DNA of 64,000 nt from an uncultured Gemmataceae bacterium (lineage in GTDB: Bacteria > Planctomycetota > Planctomycetia > Gemmatales > Gemmataceae), in assembly GCA_963750165.1 (NCBI GenBank), contig CAVVPN010000004.1, forward strand, positions 576,001 through 640,000, read 5' to 3'. The notes under the pieces were generated by a model. It did not search any database and had not been told where the DNA came from. It worked only from the letters and a program-made list of their open reading frames with translations. The position numbers and the translations under genes are program-made. Positions 1-9,997 of this stretch are shown piece by piece (positions within the stretch are counted from its first letter, which is position 1; each line of letters starts with the position of its first letter).

Positions 1-263
1 GCGAGGACCCGGCCGGGCTCGACCTGCGGATGGTGCTCGGCGGTAGCGCCGGGAGGTGTCAACGCCGCGGTGGACGTGGGGCCAGCCTCGCCCGGGTCCA
101 GCGGCGGCCGGTCCAGGAAGTCGCCGGACGCCACGTGCGCCGCCAGCAGCGCTTCCACGGCGGCGCGCAGCTCGGGGTTGCCGGCGCACGCCGCGTCCAG
201 GAAGGTGGCCCGCTCGGCGGCTGGTCTGGCTAACGCTTCATGGAACAGGGTTTCTTCGCTCAT
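1..263 (-). CDS. Ser/Thr protein kinase, N-terminal part only (runs off window edge)
   Basis: ATG at 263 gives MSEETLFHEALARPAAERATFLDAACAGNPELRAAVEALLAAH, the typical N-terminus of planctomycete kinases encoded right after an ECF sigma; kinase domain is outside the window. Confidence 0.75.
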   Translation of the reverse strand, partial: MSEETLFHEALARPAAERATFLDAACAGNPELRAAVEALLAAHVASGDFLDRPPLDPGEAGPTSTAALTPPGATAEHHPQVEPGRVL

Positions 264-337
264 GGTAGCCCCGCGGCAAGGGTGAGGTGCTTCCCACCAT
301 CATGCGACGGAACCGCCGCGGCAGCACCAACTATTTT

Positions 338-913
338 TCACTTTTCCTCAATTGCCGCTCCGCCTTGTATCTCCCTGCGCAGCCAGGCCCGGGCGTAGAC
401 CCAGTGGCGGTCCGCGGTGCTCGGCGACATGCCCAGCAGTTCGGCGGCCTGCTCGCCCGTCAGTCCCGCGAAGTAGCGCAGCTCGACCAGCCGCGCCTTG
501 AGCGGGTCGCGCTCAGCCAGTTTGGCGAGGGCCGCGTCCAGCGCGAGCAAGTCCTCGGCCGGTTCCGGGGCCGCGGCCAGGTCCGGGTGCAACTCCTGCC
601 GGTGCCGGTCGCCGCCGTGGACCTGACGCCGTTTGCGGCGGGCGCGGTCGATGAGGATGCGGCGCATGGCGGTGGCGGCGGCCGCGAAGAAATGAGCCCG
701 ATTGTCCCAGCGGGCGGCGTCGGCCGGCGTCACCAGCCGCAGGTACGCCTCGTGGACCAGGGCCGTCGCGTCGAGCGTCTGCCCGGGGGCCTCCTGCTGC
801 ATCCGGGCGGCCGCGAGCTGGCGTAACTCGTCGTAGACGAGCGGCAGCAACTGGTCGGCGGCCCGGGCGTCGCCGGCGGCGAGGGCCGACAGGATGCGCG
901 TCAGTTCGTTCAT
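338..913 (-). CDS. ECF-type sigma-70 factor (kinase-associated type)
   Basis: LLPLVYDELRQLAA, TLDATALVHEAYLRL, FFAAAATAMRRILIDRAR, LVELRYFAGLT..QAAELLG..W.YARAWL. Confidence 0.93.
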   Translation of the reverse strand: MNELTRILSALAAGDARAADQLLPLVYDELRQLAAARMQQEAPGQTLDATALVHEAYLRLVTPADAARWDNRAHFFAAAATAMRRILIDRARRKRRQVHGGDRHRQELHPDLAAAPEPAEDLLALDAALAKLAERDPLKARLVELRYFAGLTGEQAAELLGMSPSTADRHWVYARAWLRREIQGGAAIEEK

Positions 914-917
914 GGGG

Positions 918-1517
918 TCAGTGCGCCGGCGGGGGTGGCGGCTGGTGCAGCTTCGCCTGCATGTTTTGCCAGGATTGCATCAGGGTTCTGTGCAGCATGG
1001 GCACCTGCGGGGCGCTCAGGAACACCCGGGCCGCGATCACCGCGCGGGGGTAGAAGTTGGCGATGAACTCCAGGCAGAACTCCGCCGGCGTGTGGACGAC
1101 CATGACCGAGTTGGCGTAGGTGCCAGCCAGCATATCGTCGGCAACTTTCAGATCCTGGTAGATTTCCTCGATGGTCGGCGGTTTCGGCGGCGGAGGCGGC
1201 GTGGGCAGGGCTGGCGGCGGCCCGAAGTGTTTGGTGTAGAGGTCGAGGTTGGTCCGCAGGGCCTCAATGAGCTGCGGCACCAGGTTGATCGGCAGAATGA
1301 CGCGCGCGACGACCTGGTGCGGCTGGTTCATGCGCAGCACGAAGTCCAGGACGAACTCGGTGGCGCCTTGCAACACCAGCACGCCGGTCGAGAAGACGCC
1401 CCGGGCGACCTTCTCCGGCACACGGGCGCTCACGTTGGAAACCTGGAAGTCCTGACTGAAGGTGTTCGGATCCTTCTTGCCCTGGTTGCCTTCGCTGCCG
1501 GCCGGCGGGTTGCTCAT
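918..1517 (-). CDS. Tandem DUF3467-like protein with Pro-rich linker
   Basis: Two similar modules (GVFSTGVLVLQGATEFVLDF...VARVILP; GTYANSVMVVHTPAEFCLEF...AARVFLS) separated by a poly-Pro tract. Confidence 0.7.
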   Translation of the reverse strand: MSNPPAGSEGNQGKKDPNTFSQDFQVSNVSARVPEKVARGVFSTGVLVLQGATEFVLDFVLRMNQPHQVVARVILPINLVPQLIEALRTNLDLYTKHFGPPPALPTPPPPPKPPTIEEIYQDLKVADDMLAGTYANSVMVVHTPAEFCLEFIANFYPRAVIAARVFLSAPQVPMLHRTLMQSWQNMQAKLHQPPPPPAH

Positions 1518-1609
1518 GGTGGTTCCTTTTCCGGGAATGGTGTCCAAAGGCCCTGTTATCCTATGGTAACCTTACCGGCTCGGTAAGCCTCCTCACAACC
1601 TGCCGGCGC

Positions 1610-2557
1610 TCACCGGGCCGGCGCCTGGCCCGCTTTCAGACCGACTGCCCGGCCATCCAGTTTCCACTCGGGGTCGATGCGCACGCCGAGGTGCGTCAGC
1701 GCGGTGACCGCCACATCGACGTTGCCGGTCCGCGCCGGCAGCGCCTCCCGACGGACGGACGGCCCGTGCAGGATCAGAAAGCCCGTGCGGACCTCCGGGA
1801 TTTTTTGGCCCAGGCTGTGGCCGCGCCCCTTGCCGCCGTGGTCCGTACACACGATGACCAGCCAGTCCTCGCGGTCATACGTCGGACGCTTGCGCAGGGC
1901 GGTCAGGATGCGGCTAATCTGTTCGTCCACCACCTCCAGACTCTTGGTGTAGCGCGGCGACTGCGGATGGAAGCCGTAGCCGTGGCCGGTGATGTCCACG
2001 GCGCCGAAGTAGACGAACACCAGGTCCGCGTCCCGCTTCTCGGCGAGGAACTTCACGGCGGCCTGCGTGACCTGACGGTCGCCCTCCTCGTAGCCGCGCT
2101 TGTCGCCGTCCAGCACGAACCGGCCGCCGTCGCGGGTTGGCAGCACGTGTTCCAGGAAAGGCGTCCAGGTGATGAACGCCGCGGTGACGGCGCCGGGCCG
2201 CGCCTGCTTGAGACGATGGAACAGCGCGGGGAACTGCGCTACCTTGTGCTTCCGAAAGGTGTTGTCCAGGACGCCGTGCTTGTCGGACCAGACGCCGGTC
2301 AGAGCGCTGGTCCAGCCCGGGCCGGTGCAGGTGTCGGCGGTCGTGGGCCGGTTGCCGAGCACGTCGCACTGCAGGGATACGGCGCCTTCCTTGATGAGGC
2401 GGTGCAGCGTGAACGCTTCCTTCGCGGCAGCGATGGCGTCCGGACGACAGCCGTCGATGCCGAGGATGAGCACTTTTTTGGCCGGCGGCTGCGCGGCTGC
2501 GGTGGGCACCAGCAGCGCGACGCACAACCAGCAACTCCAGAGGTGGCGCGCCCGCAT
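1610..2557 (-). CDS. Secreted alkaline phosphatase-superfamily protein (nucleotide pyrophosphatase/phosphodiesterase type)
   Basis: Signal peptide; ILGIDGCRPD, TCTGPGW, GVWSDKHGV, VDITGHGYG, TDHGG metal-binding motifs. Confidence 0.88.
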   Translation of the reverse strand: MRARHLWSCWLCVALLVPTAAAQPPAKKVLILGIDGCRPDAIAAAKEAFTLHRLIKEGAVSLQCDVLGNRPTTADTCTGPGWTSALTGVWSDKHGVLDNTFRKHKVAQFPALFHRLKQARPGAVTAAFITWTPFLEHVLPTRDGGRFVLDGDKRGYEEGDRQVTQAAVKFLAEKRDADLVFVYFGAVDITGHGYGFHPQSPRYTKSLEVVDEQISRILTALRKRPTYDREDWLVIVCTDHGGKGRGHSLGQKIPEVRTGFLILHGPSVRREALPARTGNVDVAVTALTHLGVRIDPEWKLDGRAVGLKAGQAPAR

Positions 2558-2592
2558 GAGCAAACTCCTGTCGCTGGCGGGTGGAAGCGAAG

Positions 2593-2640
2593 CGCGTTTG
2601 GTCGGAGCCCGCGCTGGCGCTCGGGCTCCGACCAAACGCG
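2593..2640. repeat. Palindromic intergenic repeat (REP-like or terminator)
   Basis: CGCGTTTGGTCGGAGCCCG...CGGGCTCCGACCAAACGCG inverted repeat downstream of the sigma gene. Confidence 0.7.
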
Positions 2641-2661
2641 AAAAATCATTACGATTCCGTA

Positions 2662-4242
2662 TTACTCGGTGAAGCCGGCCAGGCGCTGGCTGCGGCCGGG
2701 CTGGCGCAGCTTGATGAGGCCGCGCGCCTCGATCTGACGGATGCGTTCGCGGGTGATGCCGTAGGTCTTGGCGACCTCATCCAGCGTCCGCGGTTGGCCG
2801 TCCTTCAGACCGAAGCGCAGCTCGATCACCTCGCGCTCGCGCGGCGTCAGCGACCGCAGCACCTCGGCAATGCGCTCGCGCAGCAGGTGCTGATCGACCA
2901 TGTTCCCGGGGTTGCAAGCGCTGGGGTCGTCAAGGAAGTCGCCCAGGGCCCGCTCGCCTTCGCCGCCGAGCGGCTCATGCAGACTGATCGGGTGTCGTGA
3001 CACCACGCGCAGCGACCGCGTTTCCTCGGCGCTCACGCCCAGGCTGGCCGCGATCTCCTCGACCGTCGGCTCACGACCGTGCTCGATGGCCAGTTCGCCA
3101 CGGATGCGCTCCATCGCCGCCAGGGTGCCGACCTGATGGCACGGCACCCGCACCGTGCGGGCGTGGTCCGCCAGCGCCCGCGTGATGCCCTGCCGAATCC
3201 ACCACGTCGCATAGGTGCCGAACTTGAAGCCCTTGCGGTGCTCATATTTATCGACCGCCCGCATCAGGCCGCGGTTGCCCTCCTGGATCAGGTCCGCGAA
3301 CGACAGGCCGCGACCGCGGTAGCGCTTGGCGATGGCCACCACCAGCCGCAGATTGCCCTCGGCCAGCTCGCGCCGCGCCTGCTTGTAGGCGCTGTAGCGG
3401 GCGTCCAGGACGCGCAGCAGTTTTTCCAGGTCGTCAGCCGTGGTGTGCGCTCCCAGCGTCAGGTCGCGCAGTTCCTTGACCAGTTTGCTCAGGCGCACGC
3501 GATCCGCGGCGGAGCGGCTGCACGCGGTCATCTGCCGGTCCAGGTCGCGCAGGCCGCGCAGCCAGCGCGGCAAATCTTCCACCAACCGTTCGAGCAGTTC
3601 CGTCCGCGGCGACAGTTCCTCAACCAGGGCAATGCACTTGCGCTGCCGGCGCAACAGCGCCCGCCGCAGCCGGCCGCGACCGCTGGCGCTGGTGGTGCGC
3701 TGCAGGGCGCGGAAGTCGGCCGTCATGGCGTCGAGCAGGTGCAGCAGCGTGCGCAGGTTGTGCGGCAGCCGCGCCAGGATGTGCTCGCGCGTCAGTCCGA
3801 GGCTTTCCACCACGTCAATGGTCGGGTCCAGGGCCAGCTTGCCGAGCTGCACGCGCTCGAATGTCTCGGCAACGCGCCGCAGAGTCAGCCAGTTGGACAG
3901 GGCGGCACGACGGAAGCGGTTGCGCGTGTATTCCAGGCGCCGGGCCAGCGTCAGTTCCTGCTCCCGATTTAGCAGCGGGATGGCGCCCATTTGCCGCAGG
4001 TATAGTCCCAACGCATCGTCCGGGCCGTTCGTCCCTTCGGGATCGATCGGTTCGGCGGTGTCGGTCCCGGCGGTCAGCGTGGCCAGGTCCGGCTCCTCGT
4101 CGGCGAACGCCGGCGACACGTCCTCGTCGGGCGTGGCCGCGGCGCGCAGCCGAACGGGCGCCTCGCGCTCGAAGGCCAGGTCTGGGTCTCCGACCGGTGG
4201 TCGGCGGCGCATGCTGTTGTTATTTTTAACTTTGCGTTTCAT
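2662..4242 (-). CDS. RpoD/SigA-family sigma-70 factor with large non-conserved region
   Basis: Region 1.2 DDALGLYLRQMG, NLRLVVAIAKRY, DLIQEGN.GLMRAVDK, FKFGTYATWWIRQ, region 4.2 TRERIRQIE; start codon uncertain. Confidence 0.92.
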   Translation of the reverse strand: MKRKVKNNNSMRRRPPVGDPDLAFEREAPVRLRAAATPDEDVSPAFADEEPDLATLTAGTDTAEPIDPEGTNGPDDALGLYLRQMGAIPLLNREQELTLARRLEYTRNRFRRAALSNWLTLRRVAETFERVQLGKLALDPTIDVVESLGLTREHILARLPHNLRTLLHLLDAMTADFRALQRTTSASGRGRLRRALLRRQRKCIALVEELSPRTELLERLVEDLPRWLRGLRDLDRQMTACSRSAADRVRLSKLVKELRDLTLGAHTTADDLEKLLRVLDARYSAYKQARRELAEGNLRLVVAIAKRYRGRGLSFADLIQEGNRGLMRAVDKYEHRKGFKFGTYATWWIRQGITRALADHARTVRVPCHQVGTLAAMERIRGELAIEHGREPTVEEIAASLGVSAEETRSLRVVSRHPISLHEPLGGEGERALGDFLDDPSACNPGNMVDQHLLRERIAEVLRSLTPREREVIELRFGLKDGQPRTLDEVAKTYGITRERIRQIEARGLIKLRQPGRSQRLAGFTE

Positions 4243-4605
4243 CGCTCTCGCCCCAAATGGGTCGTTCTGGTCCGGCGTGGGTGGTCTGCGTCTCGTGCCC
4301 CGGTCGGTTGTTGCCCTGGTGGGCAAGGCCATTTGCAATTAAACACCGGGTAGCAGCGCCGGTAATGAATGGCAGCGCCTCTATCCTTAAATACTACGGT
4401 GTAAAAGGGCCAGCGGGCAAACAACGACCGATCCGTTACAGTATTATAGGCAGGAACTTCCCTGTCGGCGCAACGGACCCGCTAGAGTTTTGACCACCGT
4501 GTCAAGGCCGTCGATACAGCGACTCCTCCTTGCTTGCAACCCGGCGGGAAGGCCGGTAAGGTAATTTCTAGTGAACCCCTCCACCATCGACCAGGATTTC
4601 CGCCA

Positions 4606-6890
4606 ATGGCCGCGCGTTTTTTGCCCCTGTTCGGACTCCTGCTCTCTTTCGCCTCGTTTGGCCTGGCGGGCGACGGCCCCGCCCGCCAGCCGCTGGAGAA
4701 GCCGTTGACGGCGGCCGCCCGCGGCCACTGGGCGTTCGTCAAGCCGGTACGGCCGGCGGTGCCGAAAGTGCAGCACGCCGATCAGGTGTCCACATCAGTG
4801 GACGCCTTTTTGCTGGCCCGCCTGGAAAAGCAGGGGCTGCACTTCGCGGCGGCGGCCGACCGGGCCACGCTGCTGCGCCGCGTCACCTTCGACCTGACGG
4901 GCCTGCCGCCCACGGTCGAAGAACTGGGAAACTTCCTCAAGGACACGCGGCCCGACGCTTATGTTCGCGTGGTCGAGCGGCTGCTGGCGTCGCCGCACCA
5001 TGGCGAGCGCCGGGCGCAGCACTGGCTGGACGTGGTGCGATACGCCGAGTCGAACGGCTACGAACTCGACGCCGACCGGCCGCACGCCTGGCGCTACCGC
5101 GATTACGTGGTGAACGCCTTCAACGCGGATAAGCCGTATGACCAGTTCCTCCGCGAGCAGCTGGCCGGCGATCTGCTAGCGCGCGGCAAGGACCCGCTCA
5201 AACAGGCGAACCTGTTGATCGCGACCGGCTTCAACCGCTGCGGCCCGATCCATCAGGTCAGCGGCAATCTCGACCCAGACGTGACACGGCAGGAGGTGCT
5301 GACCGAGATGACCACCGCGATCGGCTCGGCGGTGCTCGGCCTGACGGTCCACTGCGCGCGCTGTCACGATCACAAGTTTGATCCTATCTCGCAGGCGGAC
5401 TACTACCGCTTACAAGCATACTTCACGAAAGCGAAGTTCCGCGAAATTGACATCGCTCCCGCCGCGGAGAAGGCGGCGCACGACCGGCAACTCGCGGAGT
5501 TGCACGCCCAGCAGGAGCCGCTGAAGAAGCAGCTGAACGCGCTGGAGGCGCCCTATCGCAGCACGCTCCAGAAGCGCAAGCGGCGCAGCTGGAGCCGGAA
5601 TTTCGCGACGCCCTGGCGGTGCCGGACGCGAAGCGGACGCCAGGACAAAAGAAGCTGGCCAACCAGGCGTCCACCTTGATCCGCGTCACCTGGGACGAGA
5701 TTCTGAAGGAGATGACGCCGGCGCATCGCAAGGCCAAGGCGGACCTGCGGGCGCAGCTGCACGCCCTGGAGGCCAAACGGCCGCTGCCGGCGGCGCGGGC
5801 CTGGTCGATTGAGGATGACGCGGCGCTGCCGGCGACGCACCTGCTGCTGCGCGGCAACCCAAAGAAGAAGGGCCCGAAGTTGGCAGCGGCGCCGCCGCGT
5901 GTGCTGCTTGATCCGCAGGGGCCGGCGCCGCAGGGCACGGATCGGCTGGCGCTGGCCGACTGGCTGACGCGGCCGGACCACCCGTTGACGGCGCGGGTGA
6001 TCGTGAATCGGCTCTGGCAGCACCACTTTGGCCGCGGCATCGTGGCGACGCCGAACGACTTCGGCATCCGTGGCGACGCGCCGAGCCACCCCGAGTTGCT
6101 GGACTGGCTGGCGACGGAGTTTGTGGCGAAGGGGTGGTCGGTCAAACACCTGCACCGGCTGATGGTGCTCTCGACGGCGTACCGGCAGGAGAGCCGGGTG
6201 GACAGCGCGAAGGCACGCAAGTTCGACCCGGACAACGCGCTGCTGTGGCGGATGAATCGGCGGCGGCTGGAAGGCGAGACGCTGCGCGACAATCTGCTGG
6301 CGGTGGCGGGCACGCTGAATCGCAAGCTGGGCGGCCCGATGGTGCGGGTGCCGCTGGAGCCGGAGGTGTACGAGCTGATCTTCACGGAGGGTGAACCGGA
6401 CGGCCTGTGGCACGTGACGCCGGACGTGCGCGAGCACACGCGGCGGACGTTGTACCTGTTCGCCAAGCGCAACGTGCGGCTGCCGCTGCTGGAGGCGTTC
6501 GACCAACCGGACACGCTGACCTCGTGCCCGGTGCGCGGCGTCAGCACGTTCGCGCCGCAGGCGCTGATCCTGTTCAACGGCCCGCTGGCGCAGGCGCAGA
6601 GCCGGGCGTTCGCGCTGCGGCTGCTGAAGGAGTGTGGCACCGACGCGGACAAACAGGTGCGGCGGGCGTACCAGTTGGCGTTCGGTCGCGAGCCGCGGCC
6701 GGCGGACCAGAAATTGGCGCTGGCGTTTTTGAGCGAGCAGCGGGCGCTGGTGCAAAAGCGCGTCGATGCGGGCGAGCAGGTGGCGCACCCGACGCCGCTG
6801 CCGAAGGGTGTCACGGTGGCGGAGGCGGCGGCGCTGGGGGATTTTTGTTTGGCGCTGATGAATAGCAATGAGTTTGTTTATGTGAGGTAA
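4606..6890 (+). CDS. DUF1549/DUF1553 (PSD1-type) planctomycete protein, single frameshift near 5580
   Basis: HWAF.KP, LLRRVTFDLTGLPPT, HWLDVVRYAES, CARCHDHKFDPI in the first frame; TARVIVNRLWQHHFGRGIV, PSHPELLDWLA, NSNEFVYV in the second; adding one G at ~5580 joins the frames. Confidence 0.9.
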
Positions 6891-7038
6891 TCACCAACCA
6901 CACAGGAACCAAGTTATGAATGCTGATGTTGATGAATTCGACGTGGTCTCGGCGTCGTTTCAATCCTTACCGGGAAAAAATGACCCGGATGGCCTGCCGG
7001 TCCGAAGTGCCCCGAGACCCGCTGTTGGATGGAAAACC

Positions 7039-7536
7039 ATGTCCACCATCACCAAGATGCCTTCCCTGTGTTCGGCGGCAGAGATCGAAGCCTTCCGGGA
7101 ATTGGTCGGCAGGGGCAAGGAAGTGACCGCCGAGGGGCTGGACGACCGGATCAAGGCGGCCAGGGCGTTGGTCTTCCACTCCCTGCAGGGGCAAGTGATT
7201 GGCGTGGCGGCCCTCAAGACTCCGGCGGCGGCGCGGCGGCAAAAAGTGTTTCACAAGGCCCAGGCCCCACAGGATCCTGACGATTATCCCTTTGAAGCCG
7301 GCTGGCTCTTTGTCTCGCCCGCACACCGGGGCAAGGGCTTATCCCGAGAACTCCTCGGAGCCATCCTCGAATCCGCACAGGGCCGAGGTGTCTTCGCGAC
7401 CACTCGCTCCGAGAACGGGCCGATGCGGCGGACGCTGGAACGGTTTGGCTTTGTCGAAACTGGGAACTCGTATCCATCGGAACGCGGCGAGTATACGCTG
7501 TGCCTGTTCCTCCGACCAGGTGGCGAGCACGAATAA
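7039..7536 (+). CDS. GNAT-family N-acetyltransferase
   Basis: FVSPAHRGKGLS acetyl-CoA motif A, N.PMRRTLERFGF motif B; an upstream start at 6916 is also possible. Confidence 0.8.
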   Translation: MSTITKMPSLCSAAEIEAFRELVGRGKEVTAEGLDDRIKAARALVFHSLQGQVIGVAALKTPAAARRQKVFHKAQAPQDPDDYPFEAGWLFVSPAHRGKGLSRELLGAILESAQGRGVFATTRSENGPMRRTLERFGFVETGNSYPSERGEYTLCLFLRPGGEHE

Positions 7537-7569
7537 AACCCTGGCACTCTGGCTTGGCAGGAGGAAAAC

Positions 7570-7692
7570 ATGGCGCAGGCATACAACCCCATTGTGCGGA
7601 CGTTCAACCGGCTCCGGGCGGTGCTGGTGAGCAGCCTGGGCGTGACCCGGCAACAAGTTCACCCGGCTGGGGGAGCACCAGTTCGCCCGTAA
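7570..7692 (+). pseudogene. Probable truncated gene (40 aa)
   Basis: AGGAGGAAAAC-ATG then MAQAYNPIVRTFNRLRAVLVSSLGVTRQQVHP; runs into the opposite-strand protease remnant and stops. Confidence 0.45.
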
Positions 7693-7798
7693 AACCAGTG
7701 TCGATCCAGGCGTTCAACTCCGATTCGGTGCCGGCAACGGGGCGCCGTAAGCGAATCCGCAGCAAGGCGCGACCGGCTTGATCGACTACCCCGGTCAT
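7604..7798 (-). pseudogene. Truncated clan AA (retropepsin-like) aspartic protease
   Basis: MTGVVDQAGRALLRI...AWIDTGFTGELVLP catalytic DTG motif; recognisable sequence stops at ~7667 and the C-terminal LLG half is absent. Confidence 0.75.
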
Positions 7799-8037
7799 GG
7801 TTGGCCCGCTCCGAGCTGAACCGTGACAGCGTGACCGATGCGGAGCACGCATGTTCGCCGGTTCGGATACATCTGGTGAGCCGCCGCGGACGCTTCACTC
7901 AGGGTCCGCCCCAAAAAATACTCCCCGGAATCCGGCTCGATGGCCACGAAATAATCCGGGTGGGTACGCTCCAACTCCGACCGCAACCGCTCGTCGTACA
8001 CGTGTTCCGCTCGCCGAACGAGGTCCGCTGTGTCCAT
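7795..8037 (-). CDS. Small DUF5678-like protein, coupled to the protease gene (ATGA overlap)
   Basis: LERTHPDYFVAIEPDSGEYFLGRT...HQMYP...LRIG. Confidence 0.65.
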   Translation of the reverse strand: MDTADLVRRAEHVYDERLRSELERTHPDYFVAIEPDSGEYFLGRTLSEASAAAHQMYPNRRTCVLRIGHAVTVQLGAGQP

Positions 8038-8112
8038 CGCTCCATTCTCCCAGGTTATTGGGGCACTGATTGATTGCTAATTCTACGGTGCGAAGTGGGG
8101 GATGGAGGGGGT

Positions 8113-8186
8113 GTAGGACGGCTCTCCAGAGCCGTCTGCTGCCGCAGCAGACGGCTCTGGAGAGCCGTCCTACAGAGCCGTCCTAC
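8113..8186. repeat. GTAG-family REP doublet (family A) with a 13-bp terminal duplication
   Basis: GTAGGACGGCTCTCCAGAGCCGTC...GACGGCTCTGGAGAGCCGTCCTAC followed by an extra AGAGCCGTCCTAC. Confidence 0.85.
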
Positions 8187-8237
8187 GGTTGCACAGCATG
8201 TCCCTTGCCCCTGCGTGAGAGCGCGTGGCGGTTGGGG

Positions 8238-8265
8238 GTAGCGGAAGTCGCCAGCCTGCCGCTAC
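8238..8265. repeat. Collapsed GTAG REP (family B)
   Basis: GTAGCGGAAGTCGCCAG..GCCGCTAC; same family as 34286-34342. Confidence 0.65.
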
Positions 8266-8283
8266 CCCCGAGGGCCAACCGCG

Positions 8284-9707
8284 CTAGCGTCTGGTGTCCG
8301 AGTACACCTTGCACCGGGGCAGCGCCCGGCGCAGCTCAGCGATGCCAGCATTCGTCAGTTTGGGGCAATCCTGGAGAGACAACGTTTGCAGTCTGTCGCA
8401 ACCCGGCGAGGTCCTTCAGCCCTGCGTCCGAAATCCCGGCCCCCCGCAGGCTCAGCATCTCGAGTTGTGCCAGTCCGGCCAGATCCTTCAGCCCCGCGTC
8501 CGTCAGCTTGCACGGTTCCAACCTTAGCGACCGTAATTGCTTCAGGGCGGCCAGGTTCTTCACGCCTGCGTCCGTCACCTGGGCGCCGCCGAGCCACAGG
8601 TCCTGGAGTTGCTTCAGGGCTGCCAGTTCTTTCAGACCCTCGTCGGTCACCGGCGTGTTGAGGAGATTCAGCGTTTTGAGTCGCTTCAGCGTGGCCAGTT
8701 CCTTCAGGCCCGCCGCCGTGATGAAGGTCTGGTGGATGGCCAGGTGTTGTAACTGTTTCAGGGCGGCCAGTTCCTTCATGCCCGCGTCCGTCACACCACG
8801 GGCGTCGTTGAGTTCCAGTTTTTGCAGGCGCTTGAACGGGGCCAGTTCCTTCAGCCCCGCGTCGTTGACAGCGGTGCAGGTCAGATCGAGCGCTTCGAGT
8901 TGCTTCAGGCCGGCCAGGTCCCGTAGCCCCGCCCCCGTCACCATGGTGTGGTTCAAGTTCAGCGACCGCAGTCTGCGTCAGGGGCGCTGACTCCTTCAGG
9001 CCGGCGTCCGTGATGTTGCGGTAGGTCTCCGCGAGGTCCAGCGCCTGCAGCTGTTTCAAGACGGCCAGTTCCTTCAGGCCCCCGTCCGTGACGTGCGTTC
9101 CGCGCAGGCTGAGCGACTGGAGCTGTTTCAGGCCGGCCAACGTGCGCAGGCCGGTGTCGGTCACGCGGGTTCCTCTCAGGTTCAACGACCGCAGTTGCTC
9201 CAGCCCCGCCAGCACCTTCAACCCCTCGTCCGTCACGCGGGTATTTCTCCCGCCACTGAGGTCCAGCGCCTCCAGTTGCTTCAGGGCGGCCACGCCGGAC
9301 AGTCCCGCGTCAGTCACCCGGGTTTGTTGCAGGTCCAGCACGCGCAGTTGCCGCAAGCCCGCCAACGCCTTCAGGCCGGCGCCCGTCACCGGAGTCCCCT
9401 TCAAACTCAGGGACTGCAACCCTTTCAAGGCGGCCAACTCCTGCAAGGCGACATCCGTGACCGTGGTGTATTCGAGTTCCAGCGTCGTCAGGTGCTTCAG
9501 GCCGGCCAGGGGTTCCAGGCTGAAGTTCGTCACCCGCGGGCCGGTGAGGCGAACCGCGACCACTGGCTTGCCCGGCCGGGTCTCATCGCGGGTGACCGTG
9601 CCCTCGCTGTACAGGACGAACTTGACGGCCCTGTCCTCGGCCTCGTCGGCGCGAGACGGGGGCGGCGTCAACAGCAACAACGCCAGGAGTAGGATCGCGC
9701 GACGCAT
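8284..9707 (-). CDS. Secreted leucine-rich-repeat protein (24-aa repeats), two +1 frameshifts at 8972 and 8392
   Basis: Signal peptide, N-cap VTRDETRPGKPVVAV, repeats VTDAGLKELAALKQLQxLxL; removing one base at each site gives a continuous ORF ending in C-cap GIAELRRALPRCKV and TAG at 8284. Confidence 0.9.
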
Positions 9708-9884
9708 GGAAGAACTCCTCGGAGTAGGGAATCCTCTGTCAGTGTTTCGGACCGGCGGACAAGTTGCAAGGATTTTTCCCCTGCACTCAAGACTGCCTGA
9801 AGGCGGAACGACGAACGAAGCAGGAGCATTCCGCCACCGCTCCTGGTTCTTTCATAAGGAGCCCAATCACCCGAAGGTTGCCAG

Positions 9885-9941
9885 ATCTCGACGTATGAAA
9901 AAGATGGCCCCCTTGGCCCCCTTGGCCCCCTTGCTCTGTCA
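9885..9941. repeat. 57-bp dispersed repeat, copy 1
   Basis: ATCTCGACGTATGAAAAAGATGGCCCCCTTGGCCCCCTTGGCCCCCTTGCTCTGTCA; matches 61885-61941 with 4 mismatches. Confidence 0.85.
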
Positions 9942-9997
9942 ACCGCCGCCAGGCGGCGACCTGCTGTGCCAACCGTCCGAGCCGTCTCGGCCCCGCC

